NCBI RefSeq assembly: GCF_000143415.4
Contig: NW_003314264.1
Location: 4,143,229-4,207,228, forward strand
Length of the DNA stretch: 64,000 nt
Reading direction: 5' to 3'
DNA from: Selaginella moellendorffii
Taxonomy: Eukaryota; Plantae; Lycopodiophyta
The translations under genes were made by a program, and so were the position numbers. Positions 60,560-64,000 of this stretch are shown in pieces (positions within the stretch are counted from its first letter, which is position 1; each line of letters begins with the position of its first letter). Under the pieces are notes generated by a model. It made no database searches. It was not told the origin of the DNA and saw only the letters and a program-made list of their open reading frames with translations.

Positions 60560-62400
60560 AGTCCCACTAACTTCTGGGACTTCTTCACCATGTAATTGTA
60601 CTTTTGGTTACTAAACAAGAGAGCCACTTTTCTTCCTTTTTTTTCTTAAGGATTTTGGGATAATATTTCAGAACATTGCAATCTAATGCAAAACTTGTTT
60701 GTACTCTCCCCACCTTTTGCTACCAAAATGCCCAAGCCACATAACATAAGCCATATAAGGTATTCAAGTAGGTAATGCCACCCACTTTTGGATTGAGAGC
60801 ATTGATTATTTGATTTTCTAGAGGCACTATAATTAGCTCTTGAACACTTCATTAAGTCACCCCATGTAACATATATGATTTTCACCCTTTATTCTATAGT
60901 GATTTATTATAGAATAACCACAAAGCAGAACCTAAACCCTCTATATGCCACATGTTGAATGAAAGAATGAAGCCAAACTCCTAAACATAGAGCTAAAGAA
61001 TGAAAGAACTAAAGCATAGAGTGACTTCTAAATATACAAGGAACAAAAGGAACAAAAATATAGGAGTATGGAGAGATTTAAAATAGTCTTAGAGCATCCA
61101 ACATCTCAATGTTATGACTAATATGCAAAACAGAGCTAAATGAAGTTTGGTGCTATTTTAGTATACTAGTGGCTTAACGAGAGAATATAGGTACTCCACT
61201 AGCTAGAATGGTGTGGAACTTAAGTTTAGACCCAAGCCAAACACAAAATAAGGACATGCACGCAAATGGGAGATAGATTATATCTTAAGTTGGTTAGCCA
61301 TGCCCAACCTACCCATTGTCTCTACTATATATTTGGAACCCTCTATAGCCCAACCCCCTTTAAGAACACACATATTTAGGGCTTTCACCCTTAGCCACCT
61401 TTAGTACTAGGAGTTAGTCTCTATGACAAGTGTGAAACTTATTAAATATAGAATGGCATTAAATTGTGAATTTAGACATGGGACTAACATTATTGTGTTT
61501 AGGACAATCTCTACATTCTATAAATATGCCAAATTAGCAAATTTAGACATTTTCCATAAATAATTATTAGGACCAAATGGGACTAACACAAGGGGCATGA
61601 TAGTGAGGGTGTTTAGCAGATACAATAAACTATCATCTATCAATATTGAGAGACTAGTCTCAATATGAGAGGGTTTTTATCATTAGCCAATATAAGACAT
61701 AATAAGACAGAAACTCTTTACAAAACTAAATATGCATAGGTAAGAATTCCATCCTTATGCTTATCTGGTCTATGTACACTCAAAGTGCTTAGTTAACTCC
61801 ATTGGCACAAAAGGGATTGATAAAGGGTTTAGTAATATTGACCTCCTACTATTGTGGTAGTAAGGAAAGAATATCTCAAGAACTAGTTGATAGGTAACTT
61901 TTGAAACCTATTGTCATATTCACAACACTCCACTTATCCATCCATGTTCACTTTAACCTTGAACTCCCTAGTGTTTATATCATCACCCACCACATGAATA
62001 TAGCTTTCTTTGGTCACATTAGTTCCTCTAGAGTCCTCCCCTTATTATCCCACAAGGATTTACCAAACCTCTTAGGGTTTGGGAGAGGATTGCTTTGGGC
62101 TTCCACCCATAAACTCGGATTTAGTCTCAAACTTAAATTCAAACTCGGTCTCAACTTCGATATTAATCATAATTGTAGTCTAGGACTTGTTCTTGGTCTC
62201 GCTCTTGAACTCACTCTAAGACTCAATCTTGGACTTGACCTCCATATATCATGACATTTACCATGTGTTAGTCATTCTTTTATCCCTTTCTAATTAATTA
62301 ACTAACTCGTTTATTAATTACTTCATATTTGTTCCTCAAATGTTTCTTTAGGAGTTCCACCCTTGCTCTTGACTTTCTGAGTTAGAGTTTTTGATCTAGT
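60560..62400 (-). mobile_element. Degenerate family-A LTR fragment interrupted by a family-B solo LTR
   Basis: AAGTCCCAC...TGAACACTTCA (60560-60864) resumes at 61928 with CTTATCCATCCATGTTCAC and runs to GCTCTTGACTTT. Confidence 0.75.
60865..61927 (-). mobile_element. Family-B solo LTR
   Basis: TGTAAC...CAACA termini; near-TSD CCCCA/CTCCA; 61140-61927 aligns to 54390-55189. Confidence 0.8.
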
Positions 62401-62667
62401 TTCAAAATAAATTATAGATATTCAATATGTATAGAATATTTTTATCTACTATATATATTGTATATATGGGTTTTATTGTTTACAACCTTCAAAATTATAT
62501 AGTGTAATTTAAAACTATAATTCCAAACTATATCTATATACACGGACTTGTAATTTCTTTTTAGTTGGATGATAAAGGATTTGTGAATTGTAGTATCCAG
62601 ACTCATTCATCATTTTGAACATCTAAACCTATTCTAAAAGGCCCCACAAAGGACACACCACACTACT

Positions 62668-62803
62668 TATAGCGTATGTGATTATAGAACGAGATTTGTC
62701 AGGGTGAGTTTTTGAAACTTTGGGAGATATATAGAAATAAAATAACCACTAAGGGCTTTATTATTGCCTCTTTTTTAGCTAACTTCAAGAAAAAGATATA
62801 ACA
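62668..62803 (+). mobile_element. Degenerate TRIM2 solo LTR
   Basis: TATAGCGTATGTGAT...AAAATAACCACTAAGGGCT similar to 18128-18289; CTACT on both flanks. Confidence 0.6.
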
Positions 62804-63198
62804 CTACTTAGAACCTCTACTGAAGAAATATTTCCTTCTATCCTCCTAGTCACAACCTCCTTCTAGTAAAGACTTGAGGACATCCTTCAATAACTCCTAA
62901 ACATACTTTGTCCTACCATTTTTAGTAATCAAGTTTGCATTATTTAAGAAGCAAAAAGTGTACATGCTATTTATTATCCCATTTATAAAAGTAGAAAAGC
63001 TATATCCCATGCACTTCCAATGACATCCCAACTATTAGACTCTCATTCTATATTGAAGCTTTGTATAGCTTCTAGCTCTAGATATTTGCATATATTGCTT
63101 GCTTTGCAGTAAATTGTGAGGCTCTAGAGGAGCATGTTGTGTGTGATGAGATCCAACTGATAATGTTTTTATGTCACATCTTCATTGAACAATCCTTC

Positions 63199-63393
63199 TG
63201 TAAGCTCCTTGAAGTTGGACTTCCCGGGAGGTCACCCAGCCCAGTACTATTCAAACCCAAGGACGCTTAACTCCAACTATCCCAAGACCCTTAACCGATT
63301 GGAAAAGGGGGTGCACTCTTGTTCATGGGCCCTTTCCCTCTATATTTGAACCCCATGGATCGTCTCTCAAGTCGTTCCCTTTGGTTGCTTACA
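63199..63393 (-). mobile_element. Cassandra solo LTR (well preserved)
   Basis: TGTAAG...CTTACA; perfect TSD CCTTC (63194-63198 / 63394-63398); 5S-like segment 63217-63272. Confidence 0.93.
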
Positions 63394-63440
63394 CCTTCTC
63401 AGTCGAAGATAGTTTTCAAGCAAATATAACAGTGTTATAG

Positions 63441-63620
63441 TGCAATCAATAAAAAAGAACGATTTGAGAGACAATCTATAAAGTTAAAATATAGAAGGAA
63501 AGGGCCCATAAATAATAATGCACCCTTTTTTTTAATCAGTTAAAGGTTTTGGGATATTTAGGGTTAAATATCCTTGGGTTTGGATAGTAGTTCTAAAAAG
63601 TCTAAATTTATAAGTTTACA
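63441..63620 (+). mobile_element. Older Cassandra solo LTR in opposite orientation, 5S C-box deleted
   Basis: TGCAATC...TTTACA; TSD TATAG (63436-63440 / 63621-63625); aligns to the reverse complement of 63199-63393 with many G-to-A and C-to-T changes. Confidence 0.8.
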
Positions 63621-64000
63621 TATAGGTGATGAAATTTGGCTCCACTTGTTTCTTCATTCTAACAAGAAGATATTTTTAACTTGAAAAGAAGTTTCTTTAT
63701 GTAAATAAACTAAAGAGAACCATGACTAAATACTCAAGAGCAACAATAGTTCTTGGACAGCTATTTTATAAACTTTATGTAACATAAACACTTGGGAATT
63801 GTGTGTCAAACCCCTCTAATCAACCTTGATCAATCCATGCAACATTAAGTGATCAAAAAAGAGAGCTAGAGTGAACTAATTTGAACAGTAACTCACCATG
63901 AGTTTTTAGTAAACTCAACACTTGATTTAGATTTAGTGCTTTTCATAGCGAGGTACACCAATAGCTGGCAAAAAAAAATACTAAACAAATATAATGATGA

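Overview
Plant nuclear DNA. The tiny introns (mostly 45-70 bp), very short intergenic gaps and an SS-repeat PPR gene point to a compact lycophyte genome such as Selaginella (inference). GC-rich gene islands alternate abruptly with AT-rich transposon islands. Gene island 1 (1-6000): FtsHi4-like (5' part), organellar L20, membrin and NPH3. TE island 1 (6000-21900): a decayed chromovirus with TSD that carries a nested Cassandra-type TRIM with 5S-derived LTRs, a PIF/Harbinger pseudogene and a second TRIM with reiterated PPT-LTR junctions. Gene island 2 (22000-43700): KCR1-like, PLS/E PPR, RRM-like organellar protein, eIF3A, a glycosyltransferase-like gene, two uncharacterised genes, TOC1, ethanolamine kinase and HCF164. 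TE island 2 (43800-64000): a very young but coding-dead LTR element with minisatellite-bearing 1.8-kb LTRs, nested chromovirus remnants and solo LTRs, including an inverted pair of Cassandra solo LTRs. Most notable: the Cassandra element, whose PPT region matches the 5' arm of tRNA-iMet; cis-signal matches pairing each TRIM with a candidate chromovirus helper; and gene spacings short enough to suggest shared promoters, antisense overlap or bicistronic transcripts.
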